Source: Candidatus Izemoplasmatales bacterium
GTDB lineage: Bacteria > Bacillota_I > Bacilli_A > Izemoplasmatales > Hujiaoplasmataceae
Direction of reading: 5' to 3'
Assembly (NCBI GenBank): GCA_034007385.1
Contig: JAVEQW010000001.1
Span: 38,504 to 102,503, forward strand
Length of the DNA: 64,000 nt
Positions within the stretch are counted from its first letter, which is position 1; each line of letters starts with the position of its first letter. The position numbers and the translations under genes are program-made. The notes beneath the pieces are model-generated. The model searched no databases. It was not told where the DNA came from and saw nothing but the letters and a program-made list of their open reading frames with translations. Below, piece by piece: positions 56,049 to 64,000 of the stretch.

Positions 56049-56858
56049 ATGAAAAGATTAGGATTATGTTTATCTGGCGGAGGGGCTAGAGGGGCTTATC
56101 AAGTAGGGGTTTTGAAAGCTTTGGAAGAACTGGGAATATTACAAAAAGTATACGCAATTAGCGGTACCTCTATCGGTTCAGTAAATGCTAGTCTTTTGAC
56201 ATGCAAGAGCGTTGATGAGATGCGAGATTTATGGTTTAATTATCCCGCAAGTGATTTCAATAAAGACACTTCAATTTTTAAAACATTGAGAGAAAGAAAA
56301 ATGGATGTCGTCAATAAGGGTATTTACGAAATTAAGGCTCTAGAAAAGTTATTGCATGATAATTTGGATATAGAAAAACTTAAAGAAAAGCGAGTCTTTA
56401 TCACACTTTCTCCAGCAGGTATGGATAACGAAGGGGCTATGGGCCTTTTGAAAGCATCGTTTAAGCATTATATCAGGAATGAGAAACAAGTGATTTATTT
56501 ACCGCTTCATGAACAAAAAGAAAGTGATATAACAACCCAGATTTTAGCTTCTTGTTCAATTCCTTTTGTGTTTCCATCAGTATCTTTAAAGGGTCAACAA
56601 GTCTTCGACGGCGGGTTGTATGACAATGTTCCGGTAAAACCATTGGTTGACGCTGGTTGTGATACAATTATTGTAATTCATCTACATAGAATCTTTTTTA
56701 TTAATAAGAACAGTTTCCCTGGCATTAACTTACATGAGATAAGAAGTTGGAAGTCTTTAGGCGGTTTATTGAACTTTGATTTTGATCAGGCTAAGAAAAG
56801 ATATCAGATGGGTTATGATGACGCAATCAAGTATTTCAGAGAAGTTGCATTAAATTAA
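56049..56858 (+). CDS. Patatin-like phospholipase
   Basis: Oxyanion motif SGGGARGAYQVG, nucleophile elbow GTSIGS, and catalytic DGG (FDGGLYDN). Confidence 0.88.
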   Translation: MKRLGLCLSGGGARGAYQVGVLKALEELGILQKVYAISGTSIGSVNASLLTCKSVDEMRDLWFNYPASDFNKDTSIFKTLRERKMDVVNKGIYEIKALEKLLHDNLDIEKLKEKRVFITLSPAGMDNEGAMGLLKASFKHYIRNEKQVIYLPLHEQKESDITTQILASCSIPFVFPSVSLKGQQVFDGGLYDNVPVKPLVDAGCDTIIVIHLHRIFFINKNSFPGINLHEIRSWKSLGGLLNFDFDQAKKRYQMGYDDAIKYFREVALN

Positions 56859-56866
56859 AAGAAATT

Positions 56867-56910
56867 AATCTCCTCTTAAGTAGTATTTAAACAAAGAGGA
56901 GGTTTTTTTT
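56867..56910 (+). terminator. Strong terminator hairpin whose 3' arm is the Shine-Dalgarno of the next gene
   Basis: Left arm (AA)TCTCCTCTT at 56867-56877. Right arm AAGAGGAGG(TT) at 56894-56904. 16-nt loop. The T8 run ends directly at ATG 56911. Confidence 0.65.
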
Positions 56911-57540
56911 ATGAAAAAATTGGTATTTGGTTTGATTTTATTCTGTTTTATTAGTTTTTCTATTACTATTGTAAAAGCAGAGGATTACAAGAATTATCAA
57001 GAAATTGTCTTTGATAATGATGATGCATATATGTTAAAGGATTATTCCGAACAAGATTATGAAGATTATTATAAAGACATTAAGAAAAAGAAGTTTATTG
57101 GTTGGAAAATCAATGTTGTTCACGCTAATGAACATGTTGAGTTTGTTTCTGAAACTAAGTTGAAGATTTCTAATAACGGTTATTCTTCAATAAAGCATAA
57201 TATCAGTTTGGAAACTAAGGAAGAAACAAACTATCAAATTTCTGCGAGCGGTGGAATCAAACTTGAAGTGAAAGGTGATATCAAGAAGTTTAAAGGTAAA
57301 GTAGATGCGGATATCAAAGCTAGCATTTCTTACTCAAAGCTAACAACTAATAAAGAAAAGTATGAGTTTGAAATTATCGTCGATCCTAAAACCTATGTAA
57401 AGATCTTAACCAAAGGTACCGGTGAGATTAATAATGGTGTTGGAAAATATTTTTTATTTTGGATAAATACCAAAAGCGGAGGTTGGGAAACATTTACTGT
57501 AAAGACCGAATATTATGAAATCGTGAAGGATAGAATCTAG
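56911..57540 (+). CDS. Secreted beta-rich protein of unknown function (candidate small beta-hairpin pore-former)
   Basis: Sec signal peptide MKKLVFGLILFCFISFSITIVKA/ED. The mature ~186 aa is dominated by alternating polar/apolar stretches (YQISASGGIKLEVKG ... DADIKASISYSKL). Confidence 0.7.
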   Translation: MKKLVFGLILFCFISFSITIVKAEDYKNYQEIVFDNDDAYMLKDYSEQDYEDYYKDIKKKKFIGWKINVVHANEHVEFVSETKLKISNNGYSSIKHNISLETKEETNYQISASGGIKLEVKGDIKKFKGKVDADIKASISYSKLTTNKEKYEFEIIVDPKTYVKILTKGTGEINNGVGKYFLFWINTKSGGWETFTVKTEYYEIVKDRI

Positions 57541-58467
57541 ATGAAACGATTAATTTTTATCTTGATAGTTGCTTATATGATAGTAGGAGCTTTGTTATTG
57601 ATTTTTCTCGAAGAAAAAAGTGAAAGAATAAATTACTTTACTGTAGATATGGACTATTCAAGAATGATGAGCAGTGAGGAAACGCTTAGTTTTAGTATTT
57701 TTATCGATAACAATCAAAACTTTCTGATCGATAAGAGTAATATTACAAGCGTGGCAATAAGCAATGATGATATGGAAGTATCAGTAAGCTTGATTGATTT
57801 ATTCGAGGCAGAAAACAATATTAAATATCAAGATAATCTATACTATCAATTTATTATCGAAGTAGGATTTTCTGAAGTAAGTTTAGTTGGTTTAGATTTA
57901 ACGATAGAGAACGCAATGCTTAATATCAACTATATCAATAGCGAAACAATAGAAGTATCAATAGGAGACTTATATCTAACTTTTAAGGAAATTGAAATAG
58001 ATAATTATTTAGATTATGTAAGTTTATCATGCTTAACAGAAATAGTTGATGAGCAGGAGTATGTTGGTGCAGTAGTAATTAGATTTAATAATCTTACAAA
58101 TCAAGATATCGAAATTATTGATGTTACAAGCAATAATCATAAATTTAGATTCAGTAGCAAAAATTACTACTTTGCTGAAGAAAAACCAACTGGATTTGTA
58201 AGTGACATTATCGATAACTATTTAGATATGGAAGTAGAAAAAGAAGTTTTTGTTATTAATGAAAATGGTTATTATGTTATTCCGATTGTATATATTGGTG
58301 GGTTTGACAAGATTTTTAGATTTCCAATTGTAATAGAGTATCAATATAACAATGCATTATATGAACTTTATATTGATGATTATTTATTCTTGAATGAGAT
58401 GGTGAATTTTGATGAATATGTGGGAAATATCAACACCTATATCTATCAATATCAAGAATCTGACTAA
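57541..58467 (+). CDS. N-terminally anchored extracytoplasmic protein of unknown function
   Basis: The ATG abuts the upstream TAG. One N-terminal TM (LIFILIVAYMIVGALLLIFL), then a ~280-aa acidic, Asn/Ile-rich ectodomain with no recognisable motif. Confidence 0.7.
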   Translation: MKRLIFILIVAYMIVGALLLIFLEEKSERINYFTVDMDYSRMMSSEETLSFSIFIDNNQNFLIDKSNITSVAISNDDMEVSVSLIDLFEAENNIKYQDNLYYQFIIEVGFSEVSLVGLDLTIENAMLNINYINSETIEVSIGDLYLTFKEIEIDNYLDYVSLSCLTEIVDEQEYVGAVVIRFNNLTNQDIEIIDVTSNNHKFRFSSKNYYFAEEKPTGFVSDIIDNYLDMEVEKEVFVINENGYYVIPIVYIGGFDKIFRFPIVIEYQYNNALYELYIDDYLFLNEMVNFDEYVGNINTYIYQYQESD

Positions 58468-59038
58468 GGAGTACGGTAAGAATAAGGGGATATTCAACTT
58501 AAATCTCGAATTATCTAGTGGATACATCAATCTTGTTGTGGGAAAGAATGGTTCCGGAAAATCAACATTATTGAAATGCATTATGAAGTTAGTTAGATAT
58601 CATGGCGATATTGAGAGAAGAAGATTTAAGATTGGATATGCTCCGGAAAATTATATTATGCCGGATTTTATGACTGTAGATGAATTCTTATATAATATTG
58701 GTAGAATTAAGGGGGTTAATCGATTTGAGATTAGAGAGAATACTAATGATTACTATCGTTTCTTCAATTTAGAAAAGCATCGATTTAAAACAATAAAAAC
58801 CTTAAGTAATGGGATGAAACAAAAGATTAACTTGATTCAAGCTTTAATTAACGAACCTAAGATTATCTTGCTTGACGAACCTTTAACAGCATTAGATTTT
58901 GATAGTGAGAAGAAACTTATAGGGTACTTAACCAGATTGGCAAAGGATCACTTGGTAATTATTTCAACTCATAATCCCAATAAGTTCAAAACCCGCTTGA
59001 AGCGGGTTATTGAACTGGAAAACGGAACGATTAAATGA
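58412..59038 (+). CDS. Short ABC transporter ATP-binding protein
   Basis: Walker A GKNGSGKST, signature LSNGMKQK, Walker B IILLDEP and H-loop STHN. The Q-loop position reads YAPEN. ATG 58412 lies 6 nt after GGTGA and the gene overlaps the upstream gene by 56 nt. Confidence 0.85.
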   Translation: MNMWEISTPISINIKNLTKEYGKNKGIFNLNLELSSGYINLVVGKNGSGKSTLLKCIMKLVRYHGDIERRRFKIGYAPENYIMPDFMTVDEFLYNIGRIKGVNRFEIRENTNDYYRFFNLEKHRFKTIKTLSNGMKQKINLIQALINEPKIILLDEPLTALDFDSEKKLIGYLTRLAKDHLVIISTHNPNKFKTRLKRVIELENGTIK

Positions 59039-59760
59039 TAAATAATTTAAGATTTCAGTTTAATTATCTTTTCTCAAAAGTATTTGTTTTTTCGCTCTTA
59101 GCGATAATAATCGGCACTTTATCAGGTATTATTATAAGTTCCAATATTGATCTAGGCTACAATTTTATTGATGGGTTCATTATTGATTACAGATTTGATT
59201 ATATGTTTCAGAGCTTATTGATAATTGAGATTGTTAGTGTAGTCGTTTCGGTGTTTGTGGCTGGAGTTTTAGGTTCAAAGAATAATGATTATTTGATTTG
59301 TTATACATGTAATTCTTATTATGAACGTTTCATCTACTTTTTTGCTAGAATCATTATTTCGATCTTTTTCTCTTTTTTGTTTATTAGTCTTGTCGGCATG
59401 TTCATGTTTTTGTTCGCTAGAGGGTTTACACCTTATCGCTTAGACCGAGATTTGGTTGTAAATGCCCTTTTTGCGGTATTTTTCATAAGTGTCTTTTTTT
59501 CGATGTTTACAATGACTTTGTTGGTTTTGATTAATCATTTCATTGTAGTATCAATTCCGTTTTTTGTCTTTTGGTACTTGAAAACCATCTATGATTTCTC
59601 TGAACTTAAGAGTGAAGTTCAGGAGGTTTTATTAAAGATTTTCCCTAGTTTCATTGTTAAAGGTCATATTTCTTATTATCAGGATATAAATTTTTATATA
59701 CTGATTTTTATAGGTATGTTTCTTTTTTGCATTATCATAAGCACTATTAAAGATTATTAA
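59035..59760 (+). CDS. Polytopic membrane protein (putative ABC-2-type permease partner)
   Basis: ATGA overlap with the ATPase gene. About six hydrophobic helices. No other recognisable motif. Confidence 0.65.
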   Translation: MINNLRFQFNYLFSKVFVFSLLAIIIGTLSGIIISSNIDLGYNFIDGFIIDYRFDYMFQSLLIIEIVSVVVSVFVAGVLGSKNNDYLICYTCNSYYERFIYFFARIIISIFFSFLFISLVGMFMFLFARGFTPYRLDRDLVVNALFAVFFISVFFSMFTMTLLVLINHFIVVSIPFFVFWYLKTIYDFSELKSEVQEVLLKIFPSFIVKGHISYYQDINFYILIFIGMFLFCIIISTIKDY

Positions 59761-59799
59761 CTGTTTTCCTTCTTATTTTAATATGCGCAAATAATTGAA

Positions 59800-59828
59800 T
59801 TGAAATTGTTCATTTTTTTTGCTATAAT
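59800..59828 (+). promoter_or_regulatory. Sigma-A-type promoter for glmS (TTGAAA-17-TATAAT with TGc extended -10)
   Basis: TTGAAA at 59800-59805, 17-nt spacer ending in TGC, TATAAT at 59823-59828. Only about 25 nt of leader before the ATG. Confidence 0.55.
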
Positions 59829-59852
59829 ATTTTTTATCTAGGAGGGGAATTT

Positions 59853-61649
59853 ATGTGCGGAATAGTTGGTTATATTGGTGATTTAAAAGCTACTGATGTA
59901 ATATTAAATGGACTTAAAAAATTAGAGTATCGTGGTTATGATTCTTGCGGTATCAGTTTCTTGGAGTCGAAAAAATCTGATTTTACTACATATAAGACCG
60001 TTGGAAGGGTTGATTTATTAATAAATAGTTTTGATTATAACGTTGATAACTTAGTTGGGATAGGACATACTAGATGGGCGACTCATGGTGAACCTAATCA
60101 AGTAAATTCTCATCCTCATTCCTCAAGTTCTAAGCGTTTTATAGTCGTTCATAATGGTGTAATCGACAATTATCTGGAGTTGATCGCAAGATACCTTGAA
60201 GGCGTAAAGTTGATTAGTGAGACTGATACGGAGGTAATTGCTAATTTAATTGAGAAGTTTTCCCAAAGAATGTCCGCTGAAGAAGCGATAAGAAAGACGT
60301 TATCTTTATTGGAAGGATCTTATGCATTACTGATTATGGACAATGAACGTGTTGATACAATTTACGCAGCTAAGAATAAGAGTCCACTTTTGATTGGTTC
60401 TAGCGAAAAAGGTATTACTTTCGGATCTGATCTTATGGCTTTAGTCGGCAATTCTGAAAATTACTATTTGATTGAAGATAAGACTTTTATCGTTGCGAAG
60501 AAAAATGGTAAACCTAGTTTTGAAGCATATGATATTATCGGTAAGAAAGTAAATCTTGTTCAACATAAAATGGATTTGGCTGATAATGAAATTGATAAGG
60601 GTGGGTATGATCATTTCATGCTGAAAGAAATCTCTGAACAACCAGCTGTTATCCGAAGAATACTAGCAAAATACATGATTAACGGCAAATTAGAAATAGA
60701 AGAGAATATCGAAAAATTATTTAAAAACAAGAAGAGAATATATATAATCGCAGCTGGAACTTCAATGCATGCTGGTTTTATTGGTAAGTATTATTTTGAG
60801 AATCTAACCAAGATACCTACAGAGGTTTTTATAGCTAGTGAGTTCGCATATAACCAGCCGTTATTGGATTCAGACGGTATCTTTATCTTGATTTCTCAAA
60901 GCGGTGAAACCGCTGATTTAAGAGCTTGTTTGGTTAATATAAAACGGATGGGGTATCCTAGTTTGACAATCACAAACGTAATTACCTCTACATTAGCAAG
61001 AGAAGCGGATAGAGCCTTGGAAATTTATGCTGGACCGGAAATAGCAGTAGCTTCTACTAAGGCTTATGTTGCTCAAGTAACTGTCTTAGGAATTCTTGCA
61101 TATTGTTTAAGTCAAGAAAAAACTTTCGACTTAAGTTTTGAACTTTCTAAAGTATCGATTGCGATGGAAAGTCTAATTGATCAAAAGGAATATATTGAAA
61201 GTTTAGTTGCAAAGAAATTAAAGAAACGCAATTGTTTCTATATTGGTAGAGGCATTGATTTCTATACGTCCTTAGAAGCTGCTTTAAAGTTAAAAGAAAT
61301 TTCTTATATCCAAACCGAAGGCTTCGCAGCTGGCGAATTGAAACATGGAACAATTGCCTTAATCGAAAAGGATGTTCCAGTAATCGCCATAATCACTCAA
61401 AAAACAACAGCCCATAATACTAGAAGTAATGTTCATGAGGTTAAGGCTAGAGGAGCAGTAACTTTAATTATTTCCCTTGAGAGCGTTGCGGACAACTCAG
61501 ATGACATCATTCTTTCCGATGTTCATCCGATGTTAGCGCCACTTATCAGTGTTGTCCCAACTCAGTTGATTGCTTATTATAAAGCTAAAGAATTAAATCT
61601 TGACATCGATAAACCAAGAAATTTAGCTAAATCAGTTACTGTAGAGTAG
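59853..61649 (+). CDS. glmS: Glutamine--fructose-6-phosphate aminotransferase
   Basis: N-terminal nucleophile MCGIVGY, then GHTRWATHG, two SIS domains (SQSGETADL) and C-terminal KSVTVE. Confidence 0.96.
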   Translation: MCGIVGYIGDLKATDVILNGLKKLEYRGYDSCGISFLESKKSDFTTYKTVGRVDLLINSFDYNVDNLVGIGHTRWATHGEPNQVNSHPHSSSSKRFIVVHNGVIDNYLELIARYLEGVKLISETDTEVIANLIEKFSQRMSAEEAIRKTLSLLEGSYALLIMDNERVDTIYAAKNKSPLLIGSSEKGITFGSDLMALVGNSENYYLIEDKTFIVAKKNGKPSFEAYDIIGKKVNLVQHKMDLADNEIDKGGYDHFMLKEISEQPAVIRRILAKYMINGKLEIEENIEKLFKNKKRIYIIAAGTSMHAGFIGKYYFENLTKIPTEVFIASEFAYNQPLLDSDGIFILISQSGETADLRACLVNIKRMGYPSLTITNVITSTLAREADRALEIYAGPEIAVASTKAYVAQVTVLGILAYCLSQEKTFDLSFELSKVSIAMESLIDQKEYIESLVAKKLKKRNCFYIGRGIDFYTSLEAALKLKEISYIQTEGFAAGELKHGTIALIEKDVPVIAIITQKTTAHNTRSNVHEVKARGAVTLIISLESVADNSDDIILSDVHPMLAPLISVVPTQLIAYYKAKELNLDIDKPRNLAKSVTVE

Positions 61650-61659
61650 GTGGATTTTA

Positions 61660-62958
61660 GTGAAATATTTTGGGACCGACGGGATAAGAGGTAAAGCTTA
61701 TACATTTATCACTGAAGAAATGAGCTTTAGAATTGGTAAAAGCTTAAATCATTTTAAATCTATCAGCAAGAAAATCTACATTGCAAGAGATACGAGAATT
61801 TCTGGAACGATGATAGTTGAAAATATAAAAAAAGGTGCTCTATTGGCCGGGATTGATGTTTGTAATTTAGGTGTCTATGCGACACCTTTATTGGCTTTCG
61901 CATCAGTAAAGAATGATTGTATCGGTGTAATGGTGACTGCTAGTCATAATCCTTATCATGACAATGGGATAAAAATCTTCAATCGTGGAGAAAAATCAAG
62001 CGATGCTATGGAACTCTTGATAGAAGAGGTTATTGATAATGATCTCGATTTAGCAAACGAAACACCTGGTAATGAGTTCGAAGATTCAAAAATCATTGAT
62101 TTGTATTTTGAAAATTTTAAAGATTTTGATACTACAATGAATATAAATGTGGGTTTAGATTTAGCTAATGGAGCTACTACGACATCAGCATTGAAAGCTT
62201 TAGCAAGATATGTTGGTAAAGCTTTTGTTATCGGTGATAAACCAGATGGCTTAAACATCAATTTAAACTGTGGTTCAACTCATCTTGAAGCACTACAAGA
62301 ATTAGTTATTCAAAATCAGCTTGATTTAGGATTTGCTTTTGATGGTGATGGTGACAGAGTCTTGGTAGTTGACGATTTAGGTGAAATTATCGACGGGGAT
62401 TTATTGATATATATTATGGCAAAATACTTGAAACATCACAATCTTTTAAACAATGATGTTGTTGTATTGTCAAAAATGAGTAATTTGGGTATAATAAGAG
62501 CGCTCAATGATTTAGGCATCAGAGTAATTCAAACCGAAGTTGGCGATAAGTATATTTTTAAAGCTTTAGATGAAGAACAAGGCGTATTAGGTGGTGAAAA
62601 CTCTGGTCATATCATCAACAAGCATTTATTTAAAACTGGTGATGGCGTTTTGAATGCTTGGTTTATTTTGAAAGTATTGAATCATTTTCAAATAAAACTT
62701 TCAGTTTTAAAGAAGGAAGTTACTTATTACCCTGATATCTTAATCAACATCAAGAATATCGATAAGAATTTAGTTAATGATGAAGAAGTAATCCAAACCG
62801 TTGAAAAATATAAGACTATGTTAGGTTCTGATGGAAAAGTATTAGTTAGAGCTAGCGGAACTGAACCTTTAATAAGAGTATCAGTATCCGCAAAAACTGA
62901 AGAATTAGTCAAAACCATTAGTTCTGATTTAGTTAATCTAATTGAATCCAAAAGATAA
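61660..62958 (+). CDS. glmM: Phosphoglucosamine mutase
   Basis: GTG start after AGGTGG. YFGTDGIRG, phosphoserine loop TASHNP, FDGDGDR, GGENSGH and RASGTEPLIRV. Confidence 0.93.
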   Translation: MKYFGTDGIRGKAYTFITEEMSFRIGKSLNHFKSISKKIYIARDTRISGTMIVENIKKGALLAGIDVCNLGVYATPLLAFASVKNDCIGVMVTASHNPYHDNGIKIFNRGEKSSDAMELLIEEVIDNDLDLANETPGNEFEDSKIIDLYFENFKDFDTTMNINVGLDLANGATTTSALKALARYVGKAFVIGDKPDGLNINLNCGSTHLEALQELVIQNQLDLGFAFDGDGDRVLVVDDLGEIIDGDLLIYIMAKYLKHHNLLNNDVVVLSKMSNLGIIRALNDLGIRVIQTEVGDKYIFKALDEEQGVLGGENSGHIINKHLFKTGDGVLNAWFILKVLNHFQIKLSVLKKEVTYYPDILINIKNIDKNLVNDEEVIQTVEKYKTMLGSDGKVLVRASGTEPLIRVSVSAKTEELVKTISSDLVNLIESKR

Positions 62959-62975
62959 TATTTTAGGGAGAGTCT

Positions 62976-64000
62976 ATGAAAAGATATGCAATTATTCTAG
63001 CCGCTGGTAAGGGAACAAGAATGAAGACAGATTTACCTAAGTGTGCTTATCCGTTGCTAAAAAAACCGATGATAGCTTATATCGTCGAACATCTTTATAA
63101 ATCAACTGTAATTGATGAATTGATTACTGTAGTTGGACATAAAAAGGAAGTATTGCAAGAAATACTTAACTCGACTGTAAAATACGCTGTCCAAGAAGAA
63201 CAATTAGGAACTGGACATGCAGTGTTGTCGGCACAAGATTTGATTAAGGATATGGAAGGTTATACAATTATCCTGCCTGGAGACATGCCTTTAATCGACG
63301 CTTCAGTTATCAAGGAAGCTATAGAAGAACACAGTGAGTTTCGTCATGATTTAACCGTAGTGAGCACTATAGTTGATGAACCTTTCGGTTATGGAAGGAT
63401 CATTAGAGATGAAGCTGGCTATTTAAATTCTATCGTAGAAGAAAATGATGCGACTAGACAAGAAAAGAAAATAAAGGAAATCAATACCGGTATTTATATA
63501 GTTGACAATAAATTTCTTATACCGGCTTTAAAAAAGATTAAGAATAAGAACGCTAAAAATGAGTATTATCTAACAGATATCGTTAAGATTATGAAGGATG
63601 ATTTGCGCTTAGTCGGAACTTATCTGTTAAAAAATTCAGATAAAGCGATGGGAGTAAATGATTTATACACATTAAGTAAAGCGGAAAATATTCTTAGATA
63701 CAATATCAATAAAGAATTAATGATTAGTGGCGTTGCGATGATTAACCCTGATACGATTACGATCGGACAAAATGTTGTGATTGAAGAAAACGTGACAATT
63801 CATCCAAATACTTATATCACAGGTAACTCAATCATTAGAAAATCTTCAACAATCGGACCAAATACGGAAATTCATAATTCTGTTATTGGTGAAGGAGTGA
63901 CTTGCAAACACTCGTTGGTTTATAATTCTGAAATTAAGAATAACGCTAAAGTCGGTCCATTTGCCCACTTAAGAGATGGTGCGGTTATCGGTGAAAACAA
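62976..64000 (+). CDS. glmU: Bifunctional UDP-GlcNAc pyrophosphorylase / GlcN-1-P N-acetyltransferase (3' end lies outside the window)
   Basis: Not in the ORF track because it is open at the window edge. My translation from ATG 62976: MKRYAIILAAGKGTRMKTDLPK...EEQLGTGHAV...LPGDMPL. Left-handed beta-helix hexapeptide repeats appear near the window end (IGQNVVIEENVTIHPNTYITGNSII...). Confidence 0.9.
   Translation, partial: MKRYAIILAAGKGTRMKTDLPKCAYPLLKKPMIAYIVEHLYKSTVIDELITVVGHKKEVLQEILNSTVKYAVQEEQLGTGHAVLSAQDLIKDMEGYTIILPGDMPLIDASVIKEAIEEHSEFRHDLTVVSTIVDEPFGYGRIIRDEAGYLNSIVEENDATRQEKKIKEINTGIYIVDNKFLIPALKKIKNKNAKNEYYLTDIVKIMKDDLRLVGTYLLKNSDKAMGVNDLYTLSKAENILRYNINKELMISGVAMINPDTITIGQNVVIEENVTIHPNTYITGNSIIRKSSTIGPNTEIHNSVIGEGVTCKHSLVYNSEIKNNAKVGPFAHLRDGAVIGEN

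Noticed and set aside
56049-56858. Patatin-like phospholipase as a CBASS/defence effector (CapV-like)
   Set aside because: There is no cyclic-oligonucleotide synthase, SAVED/STING or other sensor gene on either side. It follows mnmA directly and resembles housekeeping RssA/YqhO-type patatins.
59761-59852. Possible glmS ribozyme upstream of glmS
   Set aside because: The intergenic region is only 92 nt and is mostly a promoter plus SD. No conserved ribozyme core segments are visible and there is no space for the ~170-nt structure.
1-64000. CRISPR arrays, tRNA/rRNA genes, IS elements, prophage or integrase remnants
   Set aside because: No intergenic region exceeds about 180 nt. None shows direct repeat-spacer periodicity, tRNA cloverleaf potential or terminal inverted repeats. 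No ORF has transposase, integrase or recombinase motifs.
1-64000. Mycoplasma-type genetic code (UGA read as Trp)
   Set aside because: TGA sits at several precise stop-start overlap junctions (ATGA and TGATG), and reading through it would fuse unrelated conserved proteins. All Trp codons seen in conserved motifs are TGG.

Overview
AT-rich, very gene-dense window (about one-third G+C by eye, not computed). I call 57 protein-coding genes, 52 of them on the + strand, with many ATGA/TAATG stop-start overlaps. TGA acts as a stop codon at several overlap junctions and Trp is TGG, so this is genetic code 11, not the Mycoplasma/Spiroplasma code. The content is a condensed set of Bacillota-type core neighbourhoods: addB(tail)-addA; cvfB-yebC-pgsA-recA-rny-ymdB-miaB-X-mutS-mutL-miaA; efp; rluB-cmk-rpsA-der-hup; ktrA-rdgB-yfcE; nusB-xseA-xseB-dxs-recN; ispH; DEAD-box helicase-trmL-DUF402; nadD-nadE-mnmA; glmS-glmM-glmU. 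This fits a streamlined low-GC Firmicute or wall-less relative (Erysipelotrichia/Acholeplasma-like), but I cannot assign the taxon. I saw no rRNA, tRNA, CRISPR array, transposase or integrase. The lineage-specific parts worth follow-up are: (1) a tightly coupled 4-gene operon at 56.9-59.8 kb: secreted beta-rich protein with an amphipathic hairpin signature, N-anchored surface protein, short ABC ATPase, and polytopic permease. Its Shine-Dalgarno lies inside the upstream terminator stem. (2) A 925-aa helical-repeat/PAS/degenerate-GGDEF/degenerate-EAL protein, translationally coupled to rdgB-yfcE and an alpha-glucosidase. (3) Two cytoplasmic Sel1-repeat proteins and an intact dCache-GGDEF-EAL enzyme appended to addBA with no terminator between them. 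(4) A module of two 7-TM proteins, a TM-anchored M20 peptidase and an S12 serine hydrolase. (5) A tail-anchored protein with three Rho_N/HeH-like motifs and a PEVK-like acidic repeat, sitting between miaB and mutS. (6) A 56-codon tail-anchored ORF that is absent from the supplied ORF track. All functional calls rest on motifs read by eye; no database search was possible.
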